Shown in pieces: positions 8,423 to 18,142 of a stretch of DNA of 64,000 nt. The stretch is from IMG/VR virus record IMGVR_UViG_3300033995_001164, positions 62,001 to 126,000 of that record; one strand, written 5' to 3'. The notes under the pieces were generated by a model. That model had not been told where the DNA came from. It worked only from the letters and a program-made list of their open reading frames with translations, and did no database searches. Both the position numbers and the translations under genes were made by a program. The first letter of the stretch is position 1. Each line of letters begins with the position of its first letter.

Positions 8423-10651
8423 TTAAAAATCAAGTTTTATCACATAAGATTGGATTCCTTGTCGTAATTCAGGTGATTGCAATTTAGATACAACCATAAG
8501 GTCTTTTTGTGAATTATATAACCCAATCTCCGTTACATATGAAGTTGTACCTGACATCCAAGTTGGATTCGATGTATTAGAAAACTGATTCCTACCTAAA
8601 TTTACAAGATATTTCATTTCATATATGGTCGCAGATATATCGGTTTCAAGATTCGCATACAGATAATACTCATCGCCAAAATTTAAATTATTTGATTGCC
8701 CATTCTGTGGAAGGTCAATATAATTAGCCAAATTATAGATAGGTGCCGAATCATACATAACCCGGTCAATTTGGAAAGTAGTATTTGTAATACCACTCAT
8801 AGTAATATACCCATTAATTGAACTACCTGTTAAATCAGATGTCACATCAATTTCTCTCCAAGCGGTTGTTAATGGTCTAGTGTCACCTGTTGTCACTTGA
8901 ACTAATAATTTCATTGAATTAGCCGAATATCCACTCAAATCAGCACTTGTATATGTATTCAAAGGTTGATTTAAAAATTTAAATTCTGAACCAAATCTAA
9001 CTGCAACATTTTTAGGGTCAGTAGTTACGGTATTATCCGCCCTTATATTAGAATAATAATTACAATGTAATGAATCTGTAAACCCTGTTGAATCGAATCG
9101 ATATGTCACCCAAACATTTTGAGTAATGTTCGTTACTAAAGGTTGAGTAGGGGTGTCACCAGGTGAACATATATTTGGTGTTAATAATGATAATTTTGGT
9201 GCCGGTAAAGTCCAATTTCTATTTGACTTGTACGACATTGCAGCAATAATTTCTTCGTCGTCAATAACAATAATTTCTTGGTCAGGAAAAACTTTACCAA
9301 CCCGATTTAATTTACCATTCGTATTTGGATTGTTATCCCATAATTGATAATATCTAATTCCCGGGTCATTCATATCGAGATTTTTAGTCGATTTGATATA
9401 TTGAGGGACACATAAATCATAATTACCTGGTGGGTCAATCCAAAATGTTTGCCCTATTGAACTACCCGAGGATTTATGCCACATTAGAGTAGGGATAGTT
9501 AATTTAAAGTGTCTTGCCAACCCTGTATTATCTGTTGGGTTTTGAGGGTCGTATGGTGTTGTTGCAAATTTTTCACCGTACACATTGTCAATATCTTGAT
9601 TTGTATAATGGATGATAGCAATTGCCTTTTGATTTGATGGTGGAACAATTATTGGTTCTTGATATGAATTATAGTAACCTACGAAACTCGTATCAGTTTG
9701 CCCACTAGCATTATTATACCCTAAGTATTCTTTAGTACCAATGTAGCTGACAGAACCATATTGAGTGTAATTTTCATAAATATTACTAAATAACCCAGCA
9801 GGACTTTCAGTCCATGGAATATTCATATTCCAAATCGGAGTATTTTCCCTTTGTGATACATCACAAGGACTTTCAAAATTAAATGCGTCTGTTTCCCAAT
9901 AAGGTGCCGGAGTTATTGTATCATAAATTACTGTCATCCCCGATGGGTAAACTAAAACACGAGCCATTTCACCACCTAAAACTTTTCCTGTATAATCAGG
10001 AACTGACCTATCTAAAGTCAATGTCCAAGTCGTAGTACCCGTAGTCCCCGTTGTAGGGCTCAAATCTTGTATTTTATAAGTTAAAACAGGAAATGTTCCA
10101 ACATTAGTACAACCACCATTACCATCGTAAATAATTGTAATGATATCATTAATTGATGGTGTTCCTGTAGTTGGTGAACAAATTAATGTATCTAAAGTAA
10201 TGTCAATCACTGTTTGACCAACTAAAGTAGTCATATCAACTTGATAGTTTGATGTCATAGTATACGCAGAACTTATTTGAACATTCCAATTTCCGGGAGT
10301 TCCTCCTGTCATAAAAAACCCTTTGTTACCCGCAGAATTATAAATTGGTTGAACTACACTGTCCATGTATGGAATACCATAGGTGCCTCCATTACTACCT
10401 TGAACATAATATGGATACTTGACATTCTGTTTGTTTGATTGAGGGGAACCCGTATCATTTTGAGCATTAAATGCCGGCATTAAAATGTTATTATTTGTTT
10501 GGTTATAGTTTGGAACCGCAGTATAACTTACCTCACTATCACCAATTTGAAAGTAAGCAATATCAAAATTCCCTTGTGATAGATATCTTCTACCCACATC
10601 AGTTAATCTTGTGTTAATCAATCCCGCAGTATTTTTAATTATATATGACAT
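8423..10651 (-). CDS. tail/baseplate structural protein (tail-collar/DUF3751-like termini)
   Basis: N-term RLTDVGRRYL...FDIAYFQIGDSE and C-term VTEIGLYN...VSKLQSP...KLDF patterns flank a large T/S/G-rich insert. Confidence 0.55.
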   Translation of the reverse strand: MSYIIKNTAGLINTRLTDVGRRYLSQGNFDIAYFQIGDSEVSYTAVPNYNQTNNNILMPAFNAQNDTGSPQSNKQNVKYPYYVQGSNGGTYGIPYMDSVVQPIYNSAGNKGFFMTGGTPGNWNVQISSAYTMTSNYQVDMTTLVGQTVIDITLDTLICSPTTGTPSINDIITIIYDGNGGCTNVGTFPVLTYKIQDLSPTTGTTGTTTWTLTLDRSVPDYTGKVLGGEMARVLVYPSGMTVIYDTITPAPYWETDAFNFESPCDVSQRENTPIWNMNIPWTESPAGLFSNIYENYTQYGSVSYIGTKEYLGYNNASGQTDTSFVGYYNSYQEPIIVPPSNQKAIAIIHYTNQDIDNVYGEKFATTPYDPQNPTDNTGLARHFKLTIPTLMWHKSSGSSIGQTFWIDPPGNYDLCVPQYIKSTKNLDMNDPGIRYYQLWDNNPNTNGKLNRVGKVFPDQEIIVIDDEEIIAAMSYKSNRNWTLPAPKLSLLTPNICSPGDTPTQPLVTNITQNVWVTYRFDSTGFTDSLHCNYYSNIRADNTVTTDPKNVAVRFGSEFKFLNQPLNTYTSADLSGYSANSMKLLVQVTTGDTRPLTTAWREIDVTSDLTGSSINGYITMSGITNTTFQIDRVMYDSAPIYNLANYIDLPQNGQSNNLNFGDEYYLYANLETDISATIYEMKYLVNLGRNQFSNTSNPTWMSGTTSYVTEIGLYNSQKDLMVVSKLQSPELRQGIQSYVIKLDF

Positions 10652-10782
10652 TATCTATAAATATTTTTTTTTATTTTCTTATTAAGTTATTAAAATAGGT
10701 TTTTATTATTTGTGGTAATCCCAACCTCTATTCTAATTAAGTACACCCTATTGGAGTACCGAGATTACGACCATTCCAATAT

Positions 10783-13101
10783 CTAACAAGAACCTATAAC
10801 ATTCATTATTTCGGTACTACTAACAATACTTCTTGCACATACATTATATGTACATATAGTGCTTAAGCAATACTCTGTGTCTGTTTGTTGAACTCCATCA
10901 CAATCTATATATGTTATTTCAAAAAACTCGTCATAAGGTGCACTTTGATAACTTGAACATACAGGTATCGTACTTGTCGGTACATAAATAAAATCATTTG
11001 TTTGAACTTGTCTTGAGATTCCAATAACAGAACTACAATTATCCCCAATAATTGTTGGTGTTGATATCACTGAAGAAACTTGAGTTATAATATTTGTCGT
11101 ACAGTTTGATTGAGATGCAACTTGCCCATCAGTAATTGTGTCCACAGTCGTTGAATTTATTTGTATTATATCTCCATTGGTTATTGTTATTGAATTACTA
11201 TATTGAATTGAAGTAATAATTTGGGTATTTGGAGAACAAAACGGCCTTGTCCCTTGAGATACCGGAGTTGTTGGACCAACGGTTGTGGTTATAGGTAATC
11301 CATTTTTGGTCACATTAAATACCACAGATGAATTACCACTACCCGGACCGTTTACCGTTATTAATGCGGTAGATATTAAATTAAAAGTCACACTAACACC
11401 AACCGGTAAAGGTGGATTAGATACTAAAGTCATCAATTGAGTAACTGTTTGAGAAACATTTGGAACTGAAGTTGTTGTTGCAACACCAACATTCGCCAAT
11501 GACAATTGATAAGTTACAGGTATCGAATCATACCCAATTGTCACTGTAGTTGTTTGTGAATTATTTTCTGAATCATAAACAACTACGGTATATGTGTTTG
11601 GACATAAATTGGTAAAAGTATTATTTGAATTAGATGTTATCCCTCCATTAATACTATATGAATAAGGTGAAGTTCCATTCTGAGCAAATATTGATATACT
11701 ACCATTACAATTTATGGTTCCTTGACAAGAACTGTTTGTTTTACTAACACTAACTTGTAATGGAATTACCGGAGGACATCCCCCTTTACTCATTGTTATG
11801 GAATATTGTTCATCCCCTCCTAATACGACCCAAGCAGAATCAGGTATTACATCAACAGTAGTGCTAATAACTACACCACCGCCCAAGGTTAATGGATTGT
11901 TTGTACCAATAATGTAGATTTCCCATCTATTATTATTAATACTCCAAACAATATCGTACCCAACGCTTGACCATTTAAATCGACCATTTTGAGTTCCATT
12001 ACAAACAAATTGTATTGGACCGAAATTTGGAACGCCAGTTCCAATTGCTATTAAACATAAATCAACACATTGAACTGGTGATGTTGGAGTCGGTGATGGT
12101 GTCATTGTTGGAGTTAATGAAGGAATTGGTCCGAGTAATTCACAAATTGTTGTTGCGGTATAATCAGGACTACCGTCAGGCCAATCATAATCTGTAACGA
12201 CAACTTCATAAGTACCAGCCGGAACCCCAAATAAAGTTTGACTTCGTTGACCTCCTTCCCAAAAGAAAGAATATGGTGCCGTACCACCTGTAACATTTAT
12301 TGATAAAATCCCCCCTAACGGATTGCTATTTGTTGGCGATTGTATTATATTACAACTAATACCCATATCAAATAAAGTGATAACGTCACATTCATTCTTC
12401 AATCTTATTACCGGAGTATTTGATGGCGTTGGGGTAGAGGTATTAGTTGGTGTTGGTGTTACAGTATTTGTCGTCGTAATTGTTGGTGTTACAGTATTTG
12501 TTGGTGTAATTGTTGGAGTTGGGGTTGGGGTCGGGGTTGAACAAATGACCGTTGTTCTCGTATTTAATTTCGTTACTCCTCCAAATGGTTTAGTATAATT
12601 AAACGATACTTCAAGACCAATTTGGATTCCTTGAACAAAGATACCACAACAATCCGTATAATAATACGTTCCCGTTGTTATCCCTAACCCGCAAATAATT
12701 GGGGGACTTGAAGGTGTTTGCGTGTTTGTTGGTGTATTAGTTGGTGTTGGTGTATTAGTTGGTGTTTGTGTGTTTGTTGTCGTATTAGTTGGTGTTTGTG
12801 TCGAGGTATTAGTTGGTGTCGGAGTTACCCCAATAGAGCAAGGGTTTGTCATCTCCACAGTACTATTTGTGGTAAAAGACGCTGAATTATTTTTGTAATA
12901 AAAAATTACAGGAGTTTGTACATCACTAACACATATACTATTTGGGTAATACCCACTATCAGTATATGGGTCATCCTGATTAATATCAACACAATCAAAA
13001 TAATTAACAAATACAACTCCATTAAGTAATGGGTCAGAATTGCCCGTCGCGTCTGCCAAATCAATAGCACTTATCGTTATGTCATAAAAACTACAAGCCA
13101 T
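10783..13101 (-). CDS. Cys-rich virion protein with Thr-Pro linkers and two SprB-like repeats
   Basis: PTPTNT tracts; GGILSINVTGGTAPYSFFW...GTYEVVVTD and CNGSISIFAQNGTSPYSYSI...YTVVVYD; N-terminus paralogous to 13422-15890. Confidence 0.65.
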   Translation of the reverse strand: MACSFYDITISAIDLADATGNSDPLLNGVVFVNYFDCVDINQDDPYTDSGYYPNSICVSDVQTPVIFYYKNNSASFTTNSTVEMTNPCSIGVTPTPTNTSTQTPTNTTTNTQTPTNTPTPTNTPTNTQTPSSPPIICGLGITTGTYYYTDCCGIFVQGIQIGLEVSFNYTKPFGGVTKLNTRTTVICSTPTPTPTPTITPTNTVTPTITTTNTVTPTPTNTSTPTPSNTPVIRLKNECDVITLFDMGISCNIIQSPTNSNPLGGILSINVTGGTAPYSFFWEGGQRSQTLFGVPAGTYEVVVTDYDWPDGSPDYTATTICELLGPIPSLTPTMTPSPTPTSPVQCVDLCLIAIGTGVPNFGPIQFVCNGTQNGRFKWSSVGYDIVWSINNNRWEIYIIGTNNPLTLGGGVVISTTVDVIPDSAWVVLGGDEQYSITMSKGGCPPVIPLQVSVSKTNSSCQGTINCNGSISIFAQNGTSPYSYSINGGITSNSNNTFTNLCPNTYTVVVYDSENNSQTTTVTIGYDSIPVTYQLSLANVGVATTTSVPNVSQTVTQLMTLVSNPPLPVGVSVTFNLISTALITVNGPGSGNSSVVFNVTKNGLPITTTVGPTTPVSQGTRPFCSPNTQIITSIQYSNSITITNGDIIQINSTTVDTITDGQVASQSNCTTNIITQVSSVISTPTIIGDNCSSVIGISRQVQTNDFIYVPTSTIPVCSSYQSAPYDEFFEITYIDCDGVQQTDTEYCLSTICTYNVCARSIVSSTEIMNVIGSC

Positions 13102-13203
13102 TATATTTTATTCATTTTATTCATCTTATTTTATAATTATAACTTTATTTTTTTTTTATGATAATATAATAACCCAAGTATAGTATTATTACTACTAATT
13201 GAC

Positions 13204-13422
13204 TTATATTACACTTTCAATTCCGCTTATTGTACAGTTATTTGCATCCACCACCTTCAACATATAAGATGATGATGTATCATATGGTGATGGTATATTA
13301 AACACATACGGCGTTGTGGTTATTGTTGTCACATAGAAACAACCACTCCCATTACTTTGACATATGTAAAGGTTATAGGGTGATTGTCCTGTTATACTAT
13401 TAATTGTTACTTGTATTGCCAT
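13204..13422 (-). CDS. small Cys-containing virion protein (single beta-sandwich-like module)
   Basis: 72 aa; GQSPYNLYIC...YMLKVVDANNC resembles the SprB-type end motif; coupled to the upstream gene. Confidence 0.6.
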   Translation of the reverse strand: MAIQVTINSITGQSPYNLYICQSNGSGCFYVTTITTTPYVFNIPSPYDTSSSYMLKVVDANNCTISGIESVI

Positions 13423-15890
13423 TATTTATTTTTTCTTCTTTTTTTCTTAGATGTGATAAATTCATAAACCATAAGTGAGAATTTATTACCAAAATAATGT
13501 ATTACTTTTCCAAGTTTATTATCCTCAGGTAATACACCCATCATATATGCCATGTGTTCAGACCAAGGTTTTGTTATTAAATAGAAATATTTCGAATATT
13601 GTGGGTTCTTAGTTAAGAAATTAACCACGGGTTTAGCCCAAGTCAAATATCCAAACATTCCTTTTTTATTTGTTTTTAACATCAATCTACCAAACTTCTC
13701 ATCCGCTTCCCAAATTTCTTTAGGTAAGTATCCTTGGTGATATAACAAATCACATATGATTTTTTGTTGTGTACCTCCTCCCGGACCAGGGTCTATTGGA
13801 CCAACATAAAAACAGGTACTACAATCAGGATATATGGTAGTATCAGATACACCAATTGAACTTGCAAAATAATCTCCGGTTTGAACAATAGGGACAAAAT
13901 TACCCGGAATAGTATAAGTTTCAGGTACTTCCCCTAAATATGTAAAACAATTCCCAAAAATCTCAGGGCTTTTAATTACCTGCCCAATTGTTGTTATTCC
14001 AGGGTGTTGTACTGTTTGAACTACTTGAGTCTTATAAACATTTCCTGAAATAACATAACAACTTTCATATAAAAACTTATTAGTTGAAGGTATAATAACC
14101 GGAACTCCACAAGAGGTACAGTCACTAAATTTAGTCGTTATTGAACTAAAATTATCCCCTTGGAATGTAATTGAAATTACATTTGTAGGTGGAATATATC
14201 CTGTATTATATCTACCAAGATAAGTCCAACAAGAACCAAGAATATCTTTAATTGTTTCACCAACAATTAATGAACCGTGAGGTAATGTTTGTATTACCAT
14301 TGAATTCTGTGTTTGGAAAAATACCGGTTGACAAGTTTGAAATACATATACCCAATTTGGTGTTGGTGTTGGGGTTTTTGTTGGTGTTGACGTTATTGTT
14401 GGAGTAGGGGGAGGTGTCGTACCAAAAGTTGAGCTAGGGGTGGGTGTTTGAGTAGGGGTGGGAGTATTTGTAGGTGTTTGAGTATTAGTATTTGTTGGGG
14501 TTGGAGTTGGAGTTGGTAATATTGAACAATTACTACAATTACCATAAACATTGTAAATATCTCCAACAGTAGTATTTGATGAGTAGTCGAAATCATCTCT
14601 AATATATGTTATACATTTTTGTTCTCCGTTCACCATCGCCAACATTGTAGTACCTACACTAATTGGGAGTCCCATATAAACTAAACTATCTGAGGTATAT
14701 ACCTCAACCCCTGTTTCACAAATGATTAATACCTTAACGGACACACAACTGAAGACACTTTCTAACATATTAAAAGTTACTTGACCTCCAACAGGAATGT
14801 TAGGTGTCGGCATGACAGTAGGTGTAACTGTCACAGTAGGACTTACCGGAGTATACCCACTTAAACTAAACGATACTGCGGTACCTAAACAAGGATTACT
14901 TGTTGGTGTTGGAGTGTTAGTTGGAGTGTTAGTTGGAGTGTTAGTTGGAGTAATGGTTAATGTTGGTGTTGGTTCCCAACCACAATCAAAATAAGCTTCA
15001 AAATCAAATGTCGTACAATCGATTGGTAATGGAGTTGGAGGTGGGCACTCTCCTACATTGAAATCCGTTGCTGAAATGTCGGGACATATTGATTTACAGG
15101 GTGTCGCACCTTGTAAAATACAATCGCCACCTAAACTATCACTTAAACACCAATATATTCCTGTGTAATAAATAAATGATGTTGTAATTGAATCTCCCGA
15201 GTAATATTGTTTATCATTATAGTATCCCGTCTCAGTATAATTTCCACTGTAACCCGTTAAAGCGGGTAATGTTGTGTTAAAACAATATATACTATTAGGA
15301 CAAGGTAAATCGGGTGTTGTTGGACAAGCAATATCCTCACAACCTGAAGAAACTTGTACAAAACTAACTCCCGTCCCATTATATATTGGACCCGAACCAT
15401 CATAAGTTATAACAGTTGCACATTCATTAAATAAAGTATCTGTAATTAAATAAGTGGTACCAATAACAAGAATTGAGGGTAAATCGACAAACCTAAATTT
15501 AATTAACGGATTACTACAACTTTGAAATTGAACAATATTACCACTTGTTGGGGTTGGAGTATTTGTTGGGGTTGGAGTATTTGTTGGTGTAGTCGTTGTG
15601 GTTGGTGTGGGTGTCACTTCAATGTCACAAGGACCTTGTATGTCCGTAGTACTATTCGTTGCAATTAAACCTAAATTATCTTTATAATAATAAATTACCG
15701 GAGTTTGAACATCACTAGCACATATACTATTTAAATAAACCCCCGCCTCGGAATATGAACCATTCTGATTAATATTATCACAATTAAAATAATCAACAAA
15801 TACAACACCATTAAGTAATGGGTCGGAATTTCCTGTCGCGTCCGCTAAATCAAGGGCACCTATCGTTATGTCATAAAAATTACAAGCCAT
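13422..15890 (-). CDS. Cys-rich Thr-Pro-linker virion protein with a C-terminal KIIC.. (CFI-box-CTERM-like) domain and basic tail
   Basis: Several PTPT tracts and many CxxC; ends GGGTQQKIICDLLYHQG...GYLTWAKPVV...KKKRRKNK. Confidence 0.6.
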   Translation of the reverse strand: MACNFYDITIGALDLADATGNSDPLLNGVVFVDYFNCDNINQNGSYSEAGVYLNSICASDVQTPVIYYYKDNLGLIATNSTTDIQGPCDIEVTPTPTTTTTPTNTPTPTNTPTPTSGNIVQFQSCSNPLIKFRFVDLPSILVIGTTYLITDTLFNECATVITYDGSGPIYNGTGVSFVQVSSGCEDIACPTTPDLPCPNSIYCFNTTLPALTGYSGNYTETGYYNDKQYYSGDSITTSFIYYTGIYWCLSDSLGGDCILQGATPCKSICPDISATDFNVGECPPPTPLPIDCTTFDFEAYFDCGWEPTPTLTITPTNTPTNTPTNTPTPTSNPCLGTAVSFSLSGYTPVSPTVTVTPTVMPTPNIPVGGQVTFNMLESVFSCVSVKVLIICETGVEVYTSDSLVYMGLPISVGTTMLAMVNGEQKCITYIRDDFDYSSNTTVGDIYNVYGNCSNCSILPTPTPTPTNTNTQTPTNTPTPTQTPTPSSTFGTTPPPTPTITSTPTKTPTPTPNWVYVFQTCQPVFFQTQNSMVIQTLPHGSLIVGETIKDILGSCWTYLGRYNTGYIPPTNVISITFQGDNFSSITTKFSDCTSCGVPVIIPSTNKFLYESCYVISGNVYKTQVVQTVQHPGITTIGQVIKSPEIFGNCFTYLGEVPETYTIPGNFVPIVQTGDYFASSIGVSDTTIYPDCSTCFYVGPIDPGPGGGTQQKIICDLLYHQGYLPKEIWEADEKFGRLMLKTNKKGMFGYLTWAKPVVNFLTKNPQYSKYFYLITKPWSEHMAYMMGVLPEDNKLGKVIHYFGNKFSLMVYEFITSKKKRRKNK

Positions 15891-15905
15891 TCAAATTTGT
15901 TTTAC

Positions 15906-15991
15906 TATAAATAACCCAATAGTGAGTTTTATACAAAAGAAATATAGTTTTATTGAAAAACAAATAAAGACAGGGTTAGGGAATATTTATA
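15906..15991. promoter_or_regulatory. divergent pair of TATTTATA motifs
   Basis: Plus-strand TATAAATA at 15906-15913 (upstream of the minus gene at 15890) and TATTTATA at 15984-15991 (upstream of the plus gene at 15996). Confidence 0.6.
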
Positions 15992-15995
15992 TTAT

Positions 15996-16181
15996 ATGAA
16001 ACTTCTTTCCACGATACAGAAAATTATTCAAGAATCTGAAGAAAATTATAACAATGCTTGTGAGGGCGTTACGTCAATTGACGAATTAGATAGACTTGAG
16101 AAACAATATATTGATTCATTAAAACTTTTAAAATTTTATAAAGTTAATGAAAATCGAAAACCTCTTAAAGAGGACATTTAG
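15996..16181 (+). CDS. small hypothetical protein, the only credible plus-strand gene
   Basis: 61 aa, preceded by TATTTATA and followed by hairpins. Confidence 0.65.
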   Translation: MKLLSTIQKIIQESEENYNNACEGVTSIDELDRLEKQYIDSLKLLKFYKVNENRKPLKEDI

Positions 16182-16183
16182 GA

Positions 16184-16246
16184 CCGTTATCAGTAATGGT
16201 AACAAAATAAAGGGGGAAGCTCGCTACTACCCCTTTTTTATTTTTT
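16184..16246 (+). terminator. double-hairpin element / bidirectional terminator
   Basis: CCGTTA-TCAG-TAATGG, then AAAGGGGG-(13 nt)-CCCCCTTT followed by a T-tract, between convergent genes. Confidence 0.65.
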
Positions 16247-16293
16247 CATTGATGTACTAACTTCACCCTTAAAATCTTTAAAAATTATATTGT

Positions 16294-17169
16294 TTACAAG
16301 GATTTTATTGCGTTAATGATTATATCTATATCAAACATCTCATTCAAATCGTTATAAGGAATGGTCCCCAAATCTTCAAACAACAAATGTTTAGCATAAT
16401 AATTATGTTCTAAATTTATTTCTCTTGTGGGAGCATTTGCAACAATATTTTGGTTATTTTCATATCCAAATATTTTTGGATTAGTTCCTACCCACATAAC
16501 TACAGATGAAAGTCCAAGAGCCTGAGCCATATGCATCGCACTTGAATCTATTAATAACCTTTTTTCAGATAAGGTTAAAAGAATTGCAATACTTCTAAAA
16601 GAATCTAACGCTTGTAAAGTATCCGGATAAGATAATTGGTCTTCTCGTTTAATATGAAGAATTGTGTATTTGTCTTTGAATTGACTAATAATTTCTTCAA
16701 CAACTGTTTGTGGAATATCTCGAGTCCAACTATATTGTAATGGTTGACCTACTCCACCGCCATTAGTTTGAATAGCGAAAATTGGTTTGTCCGTCTTATA
16801 AAAATTTTCAAAATATTGTCTTTCCGATTTTGAGATGAACAGTTCGGGTTGTTCTCCGTTATAAGTAATACCAAACATCTCACACCAAATTTCAATTAAG
16901 TGTTTGGATTCTGTAATGTAATCACTAGTATTGTAGGGGTCAGAAACAAACACCTTACAATCTTTATTCATTATGTATTTTTTATATATCCCGTTGGTTT
17001 GTGTATGATTTAACACTTTATTTACATTTGGATTTGCAATAAAAACATCCGGATATCCAGTAATAACAATAATATAGGCATTAGAGTATTGTTTTTTTAT
17101 TGCGCTTAAAACCGCTGTACTCATAATGGATTTTCCTAATCCACCATCGATAGTAAATATTATATTCAT
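16294..17169 (-). CDS. glycosyltransferase, GT9 (heptosyltransferase-like, GT-B fold)
   Basis: GGLGKSIMSTAVLSAIKKQYSNAYIIV N-terminal motif and LIDSSAMHMAQALGLSSVVMW C-terminal motif. Confidence 0.7.
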   Translation of the reverse strand: MNIIFTIDGGLGKSIMSTAVLSAIKKQYSNAYIIVITGYPDVFIANPNVNKVLNHTQTNGIYKKYIMNKDCKVFVSDPYNTSDYITESKHLIEIWCEMFGITYNGEQPELFISKSERQYFENFYKTDKPIFAIQTNGGGVGQPLQYSWTRDIPQTVVEEIISQFKDKYTILHIKREDQLSYPDTLQALDSFRSIAILLTLSEKRLLIDSSAMHMAQALGLSSVVMWVGTNPKIFGYENNQNIVANAPTREINLEHNYYAKHLLFEDLGTIPYNDLNEMFDIDIIINAIKSL

Positions 17170-17186
17170 TTCTTATTTTTTATTAA

Positions 17187-18008
17187 TTATACATAACCAA
17201 AATAGTTGTAAAACCATTGATAATGTCGTTTTATTCTTTCACAATTTTCATAACCTAAAATTTCATTAAAATCGTCCGGTTTTCTTTTAAATTCTGTTCG
17301 GAGTTTATGGTCCCCATATATTCCATGTACCACATCATTTTCGTGAGTAATTTGTTCAATAGTTTGAAAATTATGACCTTCATAGTAAGGTAATTCAATG
17401 TAATTGTAAAACTTTCTAAGTTCCTCTTCAGGATTATCCATTAAGTCTTCATAACGGATAAATAAGATATTAGAATCCAATCCTTGTTGGATTATATCTT
17501 GGAGTCGGTCAACAGAGATACCGACCGGTGCTCCTCCACCCCAAATATCAATCCTTTTATTTAAGGTTGTCCCTATAAGTTCGTTAGGGTTTTGAACATG
17601 GTTTTCTTTGGTTGGGTTTTTTCTAAAGTTTTTTTCCATTGAAGAGTAGATACTTCTAATGTCTCTCACCATACACACAATTTTTGGTCTTTCTTGGAAA
17701 AGATTTATTAATTGGTAATGTATTCCCCACCCTCGACTTTTATCTAAAACAAAAGGTTTGTCAGTTAATGGTTTAAAGAAACCTTGCATCCCATCACGAC
17801 AAAAATTAATAAACGCTTTATCCATTAAATCCGCATCTTGAGCTCTAATCTCTTGGGAATTGTTGTAATGATTTTTTGCTCCGAAAATTAATTCAATCAA
17901 CCCTGAAGTAGGAGTAACATAAAATTCCGGATTTTGACCAATTAGGTTTTGGAATAATGTTGAACCCGCTCGTGGGAGTGATGAATTAAAAAAAATTGTT
18001 TTACCCAT
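17187..18008 (-). CDS. PAPS-dependent sulfotransferase (start probably MGKTIFF at 18008)
   Basis: SSLPRAGSTLFQ (5'-PSB loop), DKSR, MVRDIRSIYSS (3'-PB) and FIRYEDLMDNP. Confidence 0.85.
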   Translation of the reverse strand: MGKTIFFNSSLPRAGSTLFQNLIGQNPEFYVTPTSGLIELIFGAKNHYNNSQEIRAQDADLMDKAFINFCRDGMQGFFKPLTDKPFVLDKSRGWGIHYQLINLFQERPKIVCMVRDIRSIYSSMEKNFRKNPTKENHVQNPNELIGTTLNKRIDIWGGGAPVGISVDRLQDIIQQGLDSNILFIRYEDLMDNPEEELRKFYNYIELPYYEGHNFQTIEQITHENDVVHGIYGDHKLRTEFKRKPDDFNEILGYENCERIKRHYQWFYNYFGYV

Positions 18009-18142
18009 TATCTTTTTGTTTAAAAATAAAAAGATAATGGATATTGTAAACAATTTTAAATAAATTAAGAATCAGTTTCTATTCTAATTAATATTAATTA
18101 ATACGTATGTTTTTTACACTCATAGTGATTACCATTTTATTA

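Noticed and set aside
10652-18142. tRNA or other ncRNA in the intergenic gaps (10652-10782, 13102-13203, 18054-18142)
   Set aside because: AT-rich, with no cloverleaf, T-loop or convincing stems seen by eye
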